Assembly (NCBI GenBank): GCA_002763345.1 | Contig: PEXZ01000012.1 | Coordinates: 1 to 29,774 of the forward strand | Origin: Candidatus Micrarchaeota archaeon CG08_land_8_20_14_0_20_59_11 | GTDB taxonomy: Archaea; Micrarchaeota; Micrarchaeia; Norongarragalinales; Norongarragalinaceae | Reading direction: 5' to 3' | Length of the DNA: 29,774 bases | Part shown: piece by piece, positions 7,865-15,922 of the stretch | Layout: every line of letters begins with the position of its first letter | How positions within the stretch are numbered: the first letter of the stretch is position 1 | Notes under the pieces: model-generated | Databases searched by the model: none | What the model saw: the letters and a program-made list of their open reading frames with translations, nothing else | What the model was told of the DNA's origin: nothing | Made by a program: the position numbers and the translations under genes

Positions 7865-8473
7865 TCATTCCGACGCCATCTCGGCGCAGGTGAGCACCTT
7901 CGCAAGCACCGCGGGCGCCGTCAACTCGACGCCGCCGAGCGCAACCCGCGGCAGACCTTCCAGCGCCTTCGACTTGTCAAGGAACGCGCCGTGCGGGAAG
8001 CCGCCCAGAATGATGCCCGTGTCCGCCTTTTTCGCCAGCAACGTGACCAATGCCTTAAGTTTCGTTTTCTTCCCCGCGGCATCCATCACGATGAAGTCCG
8101 CCTTCAGCTCCGAAAGCAGTTGCTTCAGCGTTTTGCTTTCTATTTTCAGCAGGGTTTTCCCGTCCGTCTCTATCCTGCCCTTCCGCTCCAAGTCCTCCAT
8201 CAATCCCACGAAGCGCTTGTAGGAGCGAGGAACGCGCCATTCGCCGGAAATCGCAATCACGCGCTCGTCATAGGTGTGCATGAAGACGCGCAGTTCACCG
8301 CGCTTGTTCAGCTCGCTGTCCAGCGACATCTTCAGCAAATCGTGGGCGATGTCGGGACGCCCGCGCTTGTCCTTGTTCTCGTACCTCGAAAGAGCCTTCC
8401 AGTCGTCGTTGGCGTCAATTGCACGCCCCTTGAAGAACTCAAGCGAGGTTTCCGCAAACACGATTGTCAGCAT
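7865..8473 (-). CDS. nep1: 16S rRNA pseudouridine N1-methyltransferase Nep1/Emg1 (SPOUT)
   Basis: KRGRPDI.H..L...LDS.LN..G.L....HT...RVPRSY.RF.GLME.L, plus the SPOUT GGFPHG motif. Confidence 0.93.
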   Translation of the reverse strand: MLTIVFAETSLEFFKGRAIDANDDWKALSRYENKDKRGRPDIAHDLLKMSLDSELNKRGELRVFMHTYDERVIAISGEWRVPRSYKRFVGLMEDLERKGRIETDGKTLLKIESKTLKQLLSELKADFIVMDAAGKKTKLKALVTLLAKKADTGIILGGFPHGAFLDKSKALEGLPRVALGGVELTAPAVLAKVLTCAEMASE

Positions 8474-8582
8474 TTTTCATCACATCAGGGGGAAATCTGG
8501 AGAACCGTTGAACCCGCGAGGGAGGGAATCAGGAGAAACCCTGAACTGAAGGGAGGGTGAAACCCTCCCTGCGGGTTGGGAA

Positions 8583-8695
8583 TGGGCCCGCGGGGATTTG
8601 GACCCCGGACGTCCAGTTGTCTCAGCCGACGCAGGGGCACACGCCCCTGCGCGTCGTATAAGACTGGCGCTCTGACCAGGCTGAGCTACGAGCCC
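8583..8695 (-). tRNA. tRNA-Ile (anticodon UAU) with 38-nt intron at 37/38 (intron 8619-8656)
   Basis: Folded by hand: acceptor GGGCTCG/CGGGCCC, discriminator A, D stem GCTC/GAGC, anticodon stem CCAGT/ACTGG, loop CT-TAT-A|A, T stem CGGGG/CCCCG. BHB motif: central helix CUUA/UGAG with 3-nt bulges UA^C and AC^A. No encoded CCA. Confidence 0.93.
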
Positions 8696-8706
8696 TTCCT
8701 TTGCAC

Positions 8707-8741
8707 GCCGCGCCGTGATTCTAGCAGGCGCGGCATACAAG
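8707..8741 (+). repeat. Hairpin+ATAC element, copy 1
   Basis: GCCGCGCC-(12 nt)-GGCGCGGC-ATACAAG. Confidence 0.6.
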
Positions 8742-8811
8742 CGTATGCATGGTGCGTGCCAAGCACGCATCAAACAAGGATTTTTAACGGCGGATGCATT
8801 TAAGGATTTTC

Positions 8812-9315
8812 ATGAGGCAGTTTCACGGATTGCAACTGAAGGACTGGCTTTCGCTCTGCAACGCGGCGTGCGGCGTCGGCGCGATTTTCGCGGCGGCGCA
8901 AAGCTACGCGATAGCGGCGATTTTGGTCTGCGTAGCCGCGGTTTTCGACTATTTCGACGGAAAGGTGGCGCGCGGGGGGGCCGAAGGCGAGAACGAGTTC
9001 GGAAAGCATCTGGACTCGCTGTGCGATTCGGTTTCGTTCGTCGTCGCGCCGACGATAATGCTGCTTTACGTGCCGGTGATAGGATGGATTGCGCTTGCAA
9101 CCGCAGCCGCTGCATTGCTTTACGCCTTCGCGGGCGTTGTCCGGCTTGCGCGCTACAATCTGCAGGATGAGAAGAGGATTTATGCGGGATTGCCCGTCCC
9201 CATCGCGGCGGTTCTGCTCGTCGTGGCGATGCCGTTCGCCAAGGAGTTTGCATTTGTGCCGGCGATTGCGCTCGGCGTGCTGATGGCGTCGCACCTGCGC
9301 ATCAGGAAGCTATAG
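8812..9315 (+). CDS. pssA: CDP-alcohol phosphatidyltransferase, PssA/archaetidylserine synthase-like
   Basis: Signature D-x2-DG-x2-AR-x9-G-x3-D-x3-D (DYFDGKVAR...GKHLDSLCD), RLARYN and GLPVP motifs, multiple TM helices. The exact head-group specificity is not certain. Confidence 0.82.
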   Translation: MRQFHGLQLKDWLSLCNAACGVGAIFAAAQSYAIAAILVCVAAVFDYFDGKVARGGAEGENEFGKHLDSLCDSVSFVVAPTIMLLYVPVIGWIALATAAAALLYAFAGVVRLARYNLQDEKRIYAGLPVPIAAVLLVVAMPFAKEFAFVPAIALGVLMASHLRIRKL

Positions 9316-10014
9316 GCGCAGCACTTCTCCCAGAATGGATAGCGGTTCGCGCCAGTTACCCTTGAAGGAAACGACATTGTCCTGAACCAGGAGGCGCACA
9401 TATGGGTGTTTTTTCAGTGTTTTGAGCGCCTTGATTCTCGCGGCTTCTATGCGCCCCACTCTCCTCAGGCGGATTTCAAGCGTCCTGATGCGCTTCGCCC
9501 ATTCCTTCGCCGCTTTGATACGCTCGCGGGGTTTTTTTGCGAGGCGCAGCATCTTGGGGGATAGACGCTCCCCGTCGTAGGTCGCCTTCGCCAGTATAAG
9601 TTGGTTTCGCAGATTCAGCGCCACGCGGGACGCATCGTCGATTCTCTTCTTCGCGCCCTCCAGCGCCTCCCGTTCGTGGAAGGAAATCTCGTAGGTTTCC
9701 TCGTGGGGACGGCGGATCAAACCGAACTTGCGGACTATCGGCGAGTTGCGCAGCGGCTTCTTGGGCTTGCTCACTTCTACGATGAAATTGCCGCTCCGAA
9801 GCTCGCGGATTTTGTTCTCGCTGAGTTTTTCCGGGATATGGCTGTAGACGCTCCTGTCGAAAGCCATCGCCCACTGTTGTCTGAAACGATTGACGCCGAA
9901 CACGCCAATTTCCCGATGGAGCTCCCGATCGAAGTTCAGCGGCTTTGGCAGTAGGAACGGGGCTTTGCTTCTTTCCAACGAAACGAACTTTTCCTCAAGC
10001 CTGGGATGCACCAT
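9310..10014 (-). CDS. Hypothetical basic (R/K-rich) protein
   Basis: A long ORF filling the gap between pssA and thpR, co-oriented with thpR. No family recognised. Confidence 0.65.
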   Translation of the reverse strand: MVHPRLEEKFVSLERSKAPFLLPKPLNFDRELHREIGVFGVNRFRQQWAMAFDRSVYSHIPEKLSENKIRELRSGNFIVEVSKPKKPLRNSPIVRKFGLIRRPHEETYEISFHEREALEGAKKRIDDASRVALNLRNQLILAKATYDGERLSPKMLRLAKKPRERIKAAKEWAKRIRTLEIRLRRVGRIEAARIKALKTLKKHPYVRLLVQDNVVSFKGNWREPLSILGEVLRL

Positions 10015-10047
10015 TTCATCGCCCAAGAAATAGGCGCGCCGCCGCTT

Positions 10048-10548
10048 TTAAACAAGAGCGAAGCGCGCGACTGCTCGGTGCTCGGCGCCATCGGATTTCA
10101 GGACGCTTTCGAAAAGCACGAGTTCGCGCGCGGCGAATTCGCCGAAAAACTCGTCCGACGGAGAGAGCGAACCCCTGCCCTCCTTCAAGCGCGCCAGAGT
10201 GATGTGGGGCGAAAAGGGCCGCCCTTCATCATAATGCAGCAAATCCGCCACCTTTTTCTGCAACGAAACCAGCTCCTCCGATTGCACGCCCGCCCAGTAA
10301 ACGCGCGAGCCGAAGAAGCCCGTACTGGCGATTTTGATTTTGGCGGAAGGAAGGGGCTGGGTGGAAAGGGCGCGGGCTATTTCGTCCTTCCTCGCTTCTG
10401 TTATCTCGCCGAAAAACGCCAGAGTCAGGTGCATCTGCTCGGGCTTGGCGAAGGACGCGGGAACGCCGGAAGCGCGCGCTGCGGCGACGAGGCGCATCAT
10501 CTTGTCTTTTATCTCCTTCGGGATTTCAACGGCTAAAAAACAGCGCAT
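10048..10548 (-). CDS. thpR: RNA 2',3'-cyclic phosphodiesterase (2H family, 2'-5' RNA ligase)
   Basis: Starts MRCFLAVEIP and has two HxT motifs (HLTL, PHITLAR). The upstream part of the 269-aa ORF is spurious. Confidence 0.93.
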   Translation of the reverse strand: MRCFLAVEIPKEIKDKMMRLVAAARASGVPASFAKPEQMHLTLAFFGEITEARKDEIARALSTQPLPSAKIKIASTGFFGSRVYWAGVQSEELVSLQKKVADLLHYDEGRPFSPHITLARLKEGRGSLSPSDEFFGEFAARELVLFESVLKSDGAEHRAVARFALV

Positions 10549-10597
10549 AAACGCCTTTAGGAAAAGGGTTTTAAGAACGCTTTGCGTCAAGGGCATT

Positions 10598-11407
10598 ATG
10601 AAAAACGTCCTCTTCGCTTTGTTGATTCTCGGTTCGCTGGCAGGCGCGGCGCAGATAGTCGTCATCGAGCCGGTGGCGGGCGCGCTCTCGCAGGGGCAGG
10701 TTCTTGACCTGGGCGTCGTCGGACCGGGGCAGAAGGTCGAGATAGTGGCGGAACGCCTTACGGGCGAGAAGGGCCGCGGCGGGAGCGAGGCGCTCTGGGA
10801 CAGGTTCGTTGCCGTGCCGGAAAGCCTGCCGCAGGGATGGACGTCCGAACCGAGCAAGTTCTACGAGTCGCCGATGCGCGCCTACGTGACGGTGTCGAAG
10901 GACGCGCCCGACGGCGACTACGTGTTCACGCTGAAGACGATAGACGAATACGAGGGCGTGCTCCAGACGACGATGCAGTGCAAGGTGAGCGTCTCGCGCG
11001 GCGTCCTCGAAACCGGACTGCTCGAGGAGCGCGTCAGCGCGGGCGTGGAACAGCCCGCGGTGTATTACGTCAGGCTCAAGAACAAGAGCAGCGCCAGCGA
11101 CGTGTTCGAGATAAGCGTCACGGGGCTGCCGAAGGAGAACGCGGTTGTCAAGCGCATCTTCGTGAGGCACAATTCCGAAAGCACGGTGCCCTACGAGGTC
11201 TACTCCGGCGAGCAGGGCGAGTACGCGCTGTCCTTCGGTATAGTCTCGCTGTCCAGCGACGCCATCAGGGACGGGCAGAAGGGCACGCTGATAACGTATT
11301 CCTCGCTCTACTACGACATGCTTGCGTGCTCGCGCGGAATACTGCTGTTTCCGAGCGTGGAGCAGACGCTGTACGCGATTTTCGGAATCGCAGCGAACTT
11401 AAAGTAA
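10598..11407 (+). CDS. Secreted Ig-fold protein with C-terminal hydrophobic segment
   Basis: Signal peptide MKNVLFALLILGSLAGA, beta-rich domains (LDLG.VGPGQ; V.LKNKS..SD.FEISV.GLP). A TATA-like TTTTAAG lies about 25 nt upstream. Confidence 0.75.
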   Translation: MKNVLFALLILGSLAGAAQIVVIEPVAGALSQGQVLDLGVVGPGQKVEIVAERLTGEKGRGGSEALWDRFVAVPESLPQGWTSEPSKFYESPMRAYVTVSKDAPDGDYVFTLKTIDEYEGVLQTTMQCKVSVSRGVLETGLLEERVSAGVEQPAVYYVRLKNKSSASDVFEISVTGLPKENAVVKRIFVRHNSESTVPYEVYSGEQGEYALSFGIVSLSSDAIRDGQKGTLITYSSLYYDMLACSRGILLFPSVEQTLYAIFGIAANLK

Positions 11408-11425
11408 GGCCCGCTAAACGCTAGC

Positions 11426-12877
11426 GTGGACGAAGACGTCGAAAAATTAAAGCGCATCCGAGCGGAGCTTCGGCGCACCGGGCGGGTCGAGAGCAACTCG
11501 GAACTGATGGACTCGCTCGGGATGCGCGGAAAAAAGCGCCGCGAACTGCGGGTTCGGCGCGTGAGGAGCGCGAGCGGGATATGCGTGGTGGCGGTAATGA
11601 CGCGGCCCTACGCGTGCCCGGGAAAGTGCATATACTGCCCCACGTCGGAAAACGCGCCCAAGAGCTACACGGGCGAAGAGCCGGCTGCGCTGCGCGCGAG
11701 GCAGAACGGGTTCGACGCCTACAGGCAGGTTCGCTCGCGCCTCGGGCAACTGGAGGCAATCGGGCACGAACCGAGCAAGTGCGAACTCATCGTGATGGGC
11801 GGCACCTTCAACGCCCAGCCGCGGCAGTACCAGAACGCCTTCATGAAAAAAGCATTCGAGGCGTTTAACAACAGGAAAGCCAAAACGCTCGCCGACGCGC
11901 AAAAACAAAACGAGTCCGCGAAATACCGCGTCATCGGCCTGACCTTTGAGACGCGACCCGACTGGTGCTCGGAAGGGCAGGTGCGCAAGTTCCTCGAATT
12001 CGGCGCGACCCGCATCGAGCTCGGCGTGCAGTCGCTGGACGAGGAGGTTTTGCGGCGCGTCAATCGGGGGCACGGCGTCGCCAAAGTCGCCGAGGCGACG
12101 AAAACCTGCAAGGACGCTTTTCTCAAGGTCGGCTATCATATGATGCCGGGGCTTTTCGCCGACAAAAAAAAGGACGCGGCGATGTTCCGCATCTTATTCG
12201 AAGACGGCCGGTTCAAGCCCGACATGCTCAAGATTTACCCCTGCCTCGTGCTCGGGGGGACGCCGCTCTACGAACTGTGGCGCGAAGGGAAATTCAAGCC
12301 GTACTCCGCGGAGGAGGCGGCTGCGGCAATAGCGGAATGCAAGCGCTTCGTGCCCGGGTACTGCCGAATCATGCGCATCGACAGGGACATCCCGACGAAG
12401 CTGATAGTCGACGGCGTGAAGAAGAGCAACCTGCGCGAGCTTGTGCGCGAAGAGATGGATGAGCGCGGGCTGGAATGCCGATGCATACGGTGCCGCGAAA
12501 TCGGATTGCGCGGAGGAAGAATGGGAAACCTTAAGCTCGAACGTATGGAATACGAAGCCAGCGGAGGGACGGAGTATTTCCTGTCTTTGGAAACGGGGGG
12601 ACTTCTTGCGGCTTACCTGCGGCTGCGGAAAAGGGCCGACGGCGCGTTCGGGGTGCGGGAGTTGCGCGTGCTGGGCGAACAGACGCCAGTTGGCGAGGGG
12701 ACGCGTATGGCGCAGCACCTCGGGCTGGGGGCGCGCCTGCTCGGCGAGGCGGAAAGGATTGCGGCAGACGGCGGCGCCCGCGAAATGCTCGTGCTGAGCG
12801 GAATCGGCGCGCGGCCGTATTACCGAAAACGTGGTTATAAACTTCTTGACGGTTATATGGTGAAGGGATTGCGTTGA
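11426..12877 (+). CDS. elp3: tRNA uridine(34) acetyltransferase Elp3 (radical SAM + GNAT)
   Basis: AVMTRPYACPGKCIYCP (CxxxCxxC), PKSYTG.EPA, ETRPD, ELGVQS, LKIYP.LV, CRCIRCREIG, VREL.V.G, QHLGLG.RLL..AE. Confidence 0.97.
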   Translation: MDEDVEKLKRIRAELRRTGRVESNSELMDSLGMRGKKRRELRVRRVRSASGICVVAVMTRPYACPGKCIYCPTSENAPKSYTGEEPAALRARQNGFDAYRQVRSRLGQLEAIGHEPSKCELIVMGGTFNAQPRQYQNAFMKKAFEAFNNRKAKTLADAQKQNESAKYRVIGLTFETRPDWCSEGQVRKFLEFGATRIELGVQSLDEEVLRRVNRGHGVAKVAEATKTCKDAFLKVGYHMMPGLFADKKKDAAMFRILFEDGRFKPDMLKIYPCLVLGGTPLYELWREGKFKPYSAEEAAAAIAECKRFVPGYCRIMRIDRDIPTKLIVDGVKKSNLRELVREEMDERGLECRCIRCREIGLRGGRMGNLKLERMEYEASGGTEYFLSLETGGLLAAYLRLRKRADGAFGVRELRVLGEQTPVGEGTRMAQHLGLGARLLGEAERIAADGGAREMLVLSGIGARPYYRKRGYKLLDGYMVKGLR

Positions 12878-14634
12878 AGTGCGGAATCGAGATTCACCAG
12901 CGGCTTGACACGGGCAAGCTCTTTTGCAACTGCTATGCGAACCCGTCGGCCGATGGGACCGGGGCAGGCGGGGGGAAGACGCTGATTGTGCGGCGGATGC
13001 GCGCGGTCGCGGGCGAGATGGGCGGGGTGGACGCGGCTGCGGGGTTCGAGGCGCGGAAGGCTAGGGAATACGGATACGAGGCGCCGTCGGATTCCTCCTG
13101 CCTCGTGGAATGCGACGAGGCACCGCCTTTCGGGATTAATCGGGAAGCGGTTGCGATTGCGCTCGGCATAGCGCTCGCGCTGCACTGCAAGCCAGTTGAG
13201 GAGCTGCACGTGATGCGCAAGACCGTGCTGGACGGCTCCGCGATTTCGGGGTTCCAAAGGACGGCGTTGCTGGCAACTGACGGGCATATCGACACTTCGC
13301 AGGGCAGGGTCGGAATCCAGAGCGTCTGCGTCGAAGAGGAGAGCGCGGGAATACTCGGGAAAAACAGGTTCCGCTTGGACAGGCTGGGAATACCGCTCGT
13401 CGAGATTGCGACGGACGCCTCCATAAAAAGCGGCAGCCACTGCCGTGAAACAGCGGAGGCAATCGGGCTGCTCCTGCGCGGCGCGCGCATACAACGGGGG
13501 CTCGGCAGCATCAGGCAGGACGTGAACGTTTCTATCGACGGCGGCAGCCGGGTTGAGATAAAGGGCGCGCAGGAGCTTTCCGCGCTTGACGGAATGGTCG
13601 GGAACGAGGTGGTGCGGCAGGAGGCGCTCGTCGCGCTGAAGGAAAAACTCGGGGGGACGAAGCAGGACGGAAAAATAACGGACGTGACGAAGGAAGCATC
13701 TGCGCTGAAACTGCGCGGCAGGGTTGTCGGCGTAAAGCTGAGGGGATTGGCGGGACTATTGAAAACGGAACTTTATGCGGGCAAGCGGCTCGGTTCCGAA
13801 CTCGCGGACTACGCGCGCGCCCAGGGCGCTGGCGGAATAATGCACTCCGATGAACGCGACGATGCGGCAATCGGAAAAGCGCTCGGCTGCAAAAAAGGCG
13901 ACGCGTGGGCGGTTTGCGCCGGCGAGGACGCGGAACCCGCGCTGGAGGCGGTGCTCGGAAGGGCGCAACTGCTTTCGAGGTGCGTGCCCGAGGAAACGCG
14001 GAGGGCGGACGGCGACGGAAGCGCGTTCATGCGCCCGCTGCCCGGAAGTGCGCGGATGTACCCGGAAACCGACGTGCCGCTGCTGCTGCTGAAGGAAATT
14101 GTGCCCGAAAAAATACAGCCCGTGGCTAAAAGGCTAGAACTGTTCGAAAAAATCGGGCTGAATGACGACCTCTCTAAGAAAATGCTCCGTTCCCAGCACT
14201 CGCGCGTTTTTGAAGAAAATGCGGGCGTCGATGCGATGTTCGTGGCAACCACGCTTCTCGAAACGCTGCGGAACATCGGGAGGGAGGGCGCGCCTGTAAA
14301 AACCCTCACTGACGGGGCGTTCAGGGAATTTTTCGCGGCGTACGACGAGGGGATGTTCGTCAGGGCTGCCGCCGCCGGGATACTGAAGGAGATGGCGAAT
14401 GCAAAGACGGGCGTCGCAGGCGCTGTTGAAAAGCTCGGGTTGCGGCGCATGACGAAAGCGGAACTGAAGGAAGCGGCGAAGGCAGACGGGACGTTCGAGG
14501 AAATGATGCGCAAATATAGGCTGCGCGCCGACCCCGCGGAACTGAAGGAAGCGGTTGGACGACGCCCAACTGGCTGCATCCCTCGGCTGGACGCTCGCCG
14601 AAGCGAGCGTCATACAAAAGGATGCAGCGAATAG
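12874..14634 (+). CDS. gatE: Glutamyl-tRNA(Gln) amidotransferase subunit E
   Basis: KCGIEIHQRLDTGKLFC.C, MRKTVLDGS..SGFQRT, LDRLGIPLVEIAT, RGLGSIRQDVNVSI, FMRPLPGSARMYPETD. TTG start overlapping the elp3 stop. Confidence 0.96.
   Translation: MKCGIEIHQRLDTGKLFCNCYANPSADGTGAGGGKTLIVRRMRAVAGEMGGVDAAAGFEARKAREYGYEAPSDSSCLVECDEAPPFGINREAVAIALGIALALHCKPVEELHVMRKTVLDGSAISGFQRTALLATDGHIDTSQGRVGIQSVCVEEESAGILGKNRFRLDRLGIPLVEIATDASIKSGSHCRETAEAIGLLLRGARIQRGLGSIRQDVNVSIDGGSRVEIKGAQELSALDGMVGNEVVRQEALVALKEKLGGTKQDGKITDVTKEASALKLRGRVVGVKLRGLAGLLKTELYAGKRLGSELADYARAQGAGGIMHSDERDDAAIGKALGCKKGDAWAVCAGEDAEPALEAVLGRAQLLSRCVPEETRRADGDGSAFMRPLPGSARMYPETDVPLLLLKEIVPEKIQPVAKRLELFEKIGLNDDLSKKMLRSQHSRVFEENAGVDAMFVATTLLETLRNIGREGAPVKTLTDGAFREFFAAYDEGMFVRAAAAGILKEMANAKTGVAGAVEKLGLRRMTKAELKEAAKADGTFEEMMRKYRLRADPAELKEAVGRRPTGCIPRLDARRSERHTKGCSE
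14590..14617 (+). repeat. Hairpin+ATAC element, copy 2 (within the gatE 3' end)
   Basis: GACGCTCGC-CGAA-GCGAGCGTC-ATACAA, a perfect 9-bp stem. Confidence 0.6.
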
Positions 14635-14678
14635 GGCTCGGAAGGTAGTTTTATAATAAAAGGCGGGGTAACAAGGAT

Positions 14679-15719
14679 ATGGGCGACGAGGAAGGCGCGG
14701 ACTTTAAAGGCAAATTCGGCGGGTTGCTGGAAAAAGCGAAGGAAACCGTCAAAAGAATAGGCGCCATGCGCATGGCAGTAGCCGCGCTTCTGGCGCTCGT
14801 AATAATCTGGGGAGTGTTCCTGCGCCCGATTCCCGGAAAAATAACCGTCAGCGTGGTGGAGCTGGACAACGAGAAGCAGGCGATTTCGGGGGCGCAGGCG
14901 TACCTGCTGAACGCCGACGGAAAAATGGTGGGGAGCGGGGTTACGGACGAAACAGGCGGCGCGGAATTCGGGAACGCACCTGCCGACGCCGAGCTTACCG
15001 TAGAGGTGGACGCGGGAGCCATGTACAAGACGCTGCGCGGGATGCCCGTGCGCCTGACGTCCGGCGGGAGCGCGAGCGTCGAAGCGAGGATGGAGAGGGC
15101 GACGAGCCTCGACGTGAAAGCCGCGAACGTCCCGAAGACGGTCGGGGCGGGATGCGGAAAGAACGTCGCCGTCGAGGTGACGAATCTCGGCGAGGAGCCG
15201 GCAGACATCGAATTCATAGGCGAGGACGACCTTGATGGCAGGATTTCCGCACCGAGCGAGCAGCTCGCGGGAAAAACTAGCAAGGCGTACGTTGTTTCCA
15301 TAAGGGCGAGGAGCGACAAGCCAGGCAGCGGGATATCCGGAAGGGTGCGGCTGAAGTACACGCGGAAGGGATTCGACGTGGAACTGAATGTGGTCGAGAA
15401 GAGCGATTTCTCGCTGAACCCGTCCGCGATAAAGAGCGGCATCGACGCGGGCGAGACGCTGAAGGAATACATCACAATTACGAACACCGGCAAGACGGAG
15501 GACATAGACGACCTCTCCTTCACGGTCGCGGGCGACGTCAAGGACTGGACGACGGTTACGCTGACGAACGACGAACCGATACGGCCGAAGGAGGAGAAGA
15601 TAGCGACAATCAACATAGACGCGGGCGGCTCGGACGGGAAGTATCTGGGGCAGATAATATTCTCCACGTCGTGTGTGACCAAGCCGGTTCCGGTCGAGAT
15701 TACTATTAAGTCCGGGTGA
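14679..15719 (+). CDS. N-terminally anchored membrane protein with carboxypeptidase-regulatory-like and Ig-like domains
   Basis: Single TM near the N-terminus, I.GA.V.L......G.TD..G.A.F motif, and repeated V.N.G / I.NTG beta-sandwich motifs. TTTTATAA at 14649-14656. Confidence 0.75.
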   Translation: MGDEEGADFKGKFGGLLEKAKETVKRIGAMRMAVAALLALVIIWGVFLRPIPGKITVSVVELDNEKQAISGAQAYLLNADGKMVGSGVTDETGGAEFGNAPADAELTVEVDAGAMYKTLRGMPVRLTSGGSASVEARMERATSLDVKAANVPKTVGAGCGKNVAVEVTNLGEEPADIEFIGEDDLDGRISAPSEQLAGKTSKAYVVSIRARSDKPGSGISGRVRLKYTRKGFDVELNVVEKSDFSLNPSAIKSGIDAGETLKEYITITNTGKTEDIDDLSFTVAGDVKDWTTVTLTNDEPIRPKEEKIATINIDAGGSDGKYLGQIIFSTSCVTKPVPVEITIKSG

Positions 15720-15731
15720 GCCGGAAAGAAC

Positions 15732-15760
15732 GCCGCATCCGGCGGAATGCGGCATACAAG
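15732..15760 (+). repeat. Hairpin+ATAC element, copy 3
   Basis: GCCGCAT-CCGGCGGA-ATGCGGC-ATACAAG. Confidence 0.6.
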
Positions 15761-15769
15761 GGGGATAAG

Positions 15770-15922
15770 ATGAAGACTTGTTCGAGTTGCGGAAGGCAGG
15801 TTAAGGAATACACGGAATTCATGTGCCCGAGCTGCGAGAAGGGCGCAATCGTGCGCTGCAAGACGTGCCGCGAAACGAGCAATCCTTACCGCTGCGCGAA
15901 GTGCGGATTCAGCGGGCCCTGA
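15770..15922 (+). CDS. Small zinc-ribbon protein (DUF1610/HVO_2753 family)
   Basis: MKTCSSCG...F.CPSC....I.RC..CR...NPY.C.KCGF.GP is the family pattern. Confidence 0.9.
   Translation: MKTCSSCGRQVKEYTEFMCPSCEKGAIVRCKTCRETSNPYRCAKCGFSGP

Noticed and set aside
8478-8484. Perfect C-box-like GTGATGA on the minus strand before nep1
   Set aside because: It coincides with the expected Shine-Dalgarno position (GTGAT), and no properly spaced D box defines a C/D sRNA.
10549-10857. N-terminal extension of the thpR ORF (269 aa) and of the 10334..11407 ORF
   Set aside because: The extensions overlap each other and the divergent promoter. Family-typical starts are at 10548 and 10598.
14679-14800. Possible class III (pilin-like) signal peptide in the 346-aa membrane protein (KRIG/AMRM...)
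   Set aside because: It lacks the typical short basic leader, the G/A-then-hydrophobic cleavage context and the +5 Glu. It is better explained as a simple N-terminal anchor.
15730-15743. Minus-strand GCCGGATGCGGCGT resembles the E. coli REP consensus as recalled
   Set aside because: A short GC-rich match in only one of the four hairpin copies. The rest of the enterobacterial REP is absent, so it is treated as coincidence.
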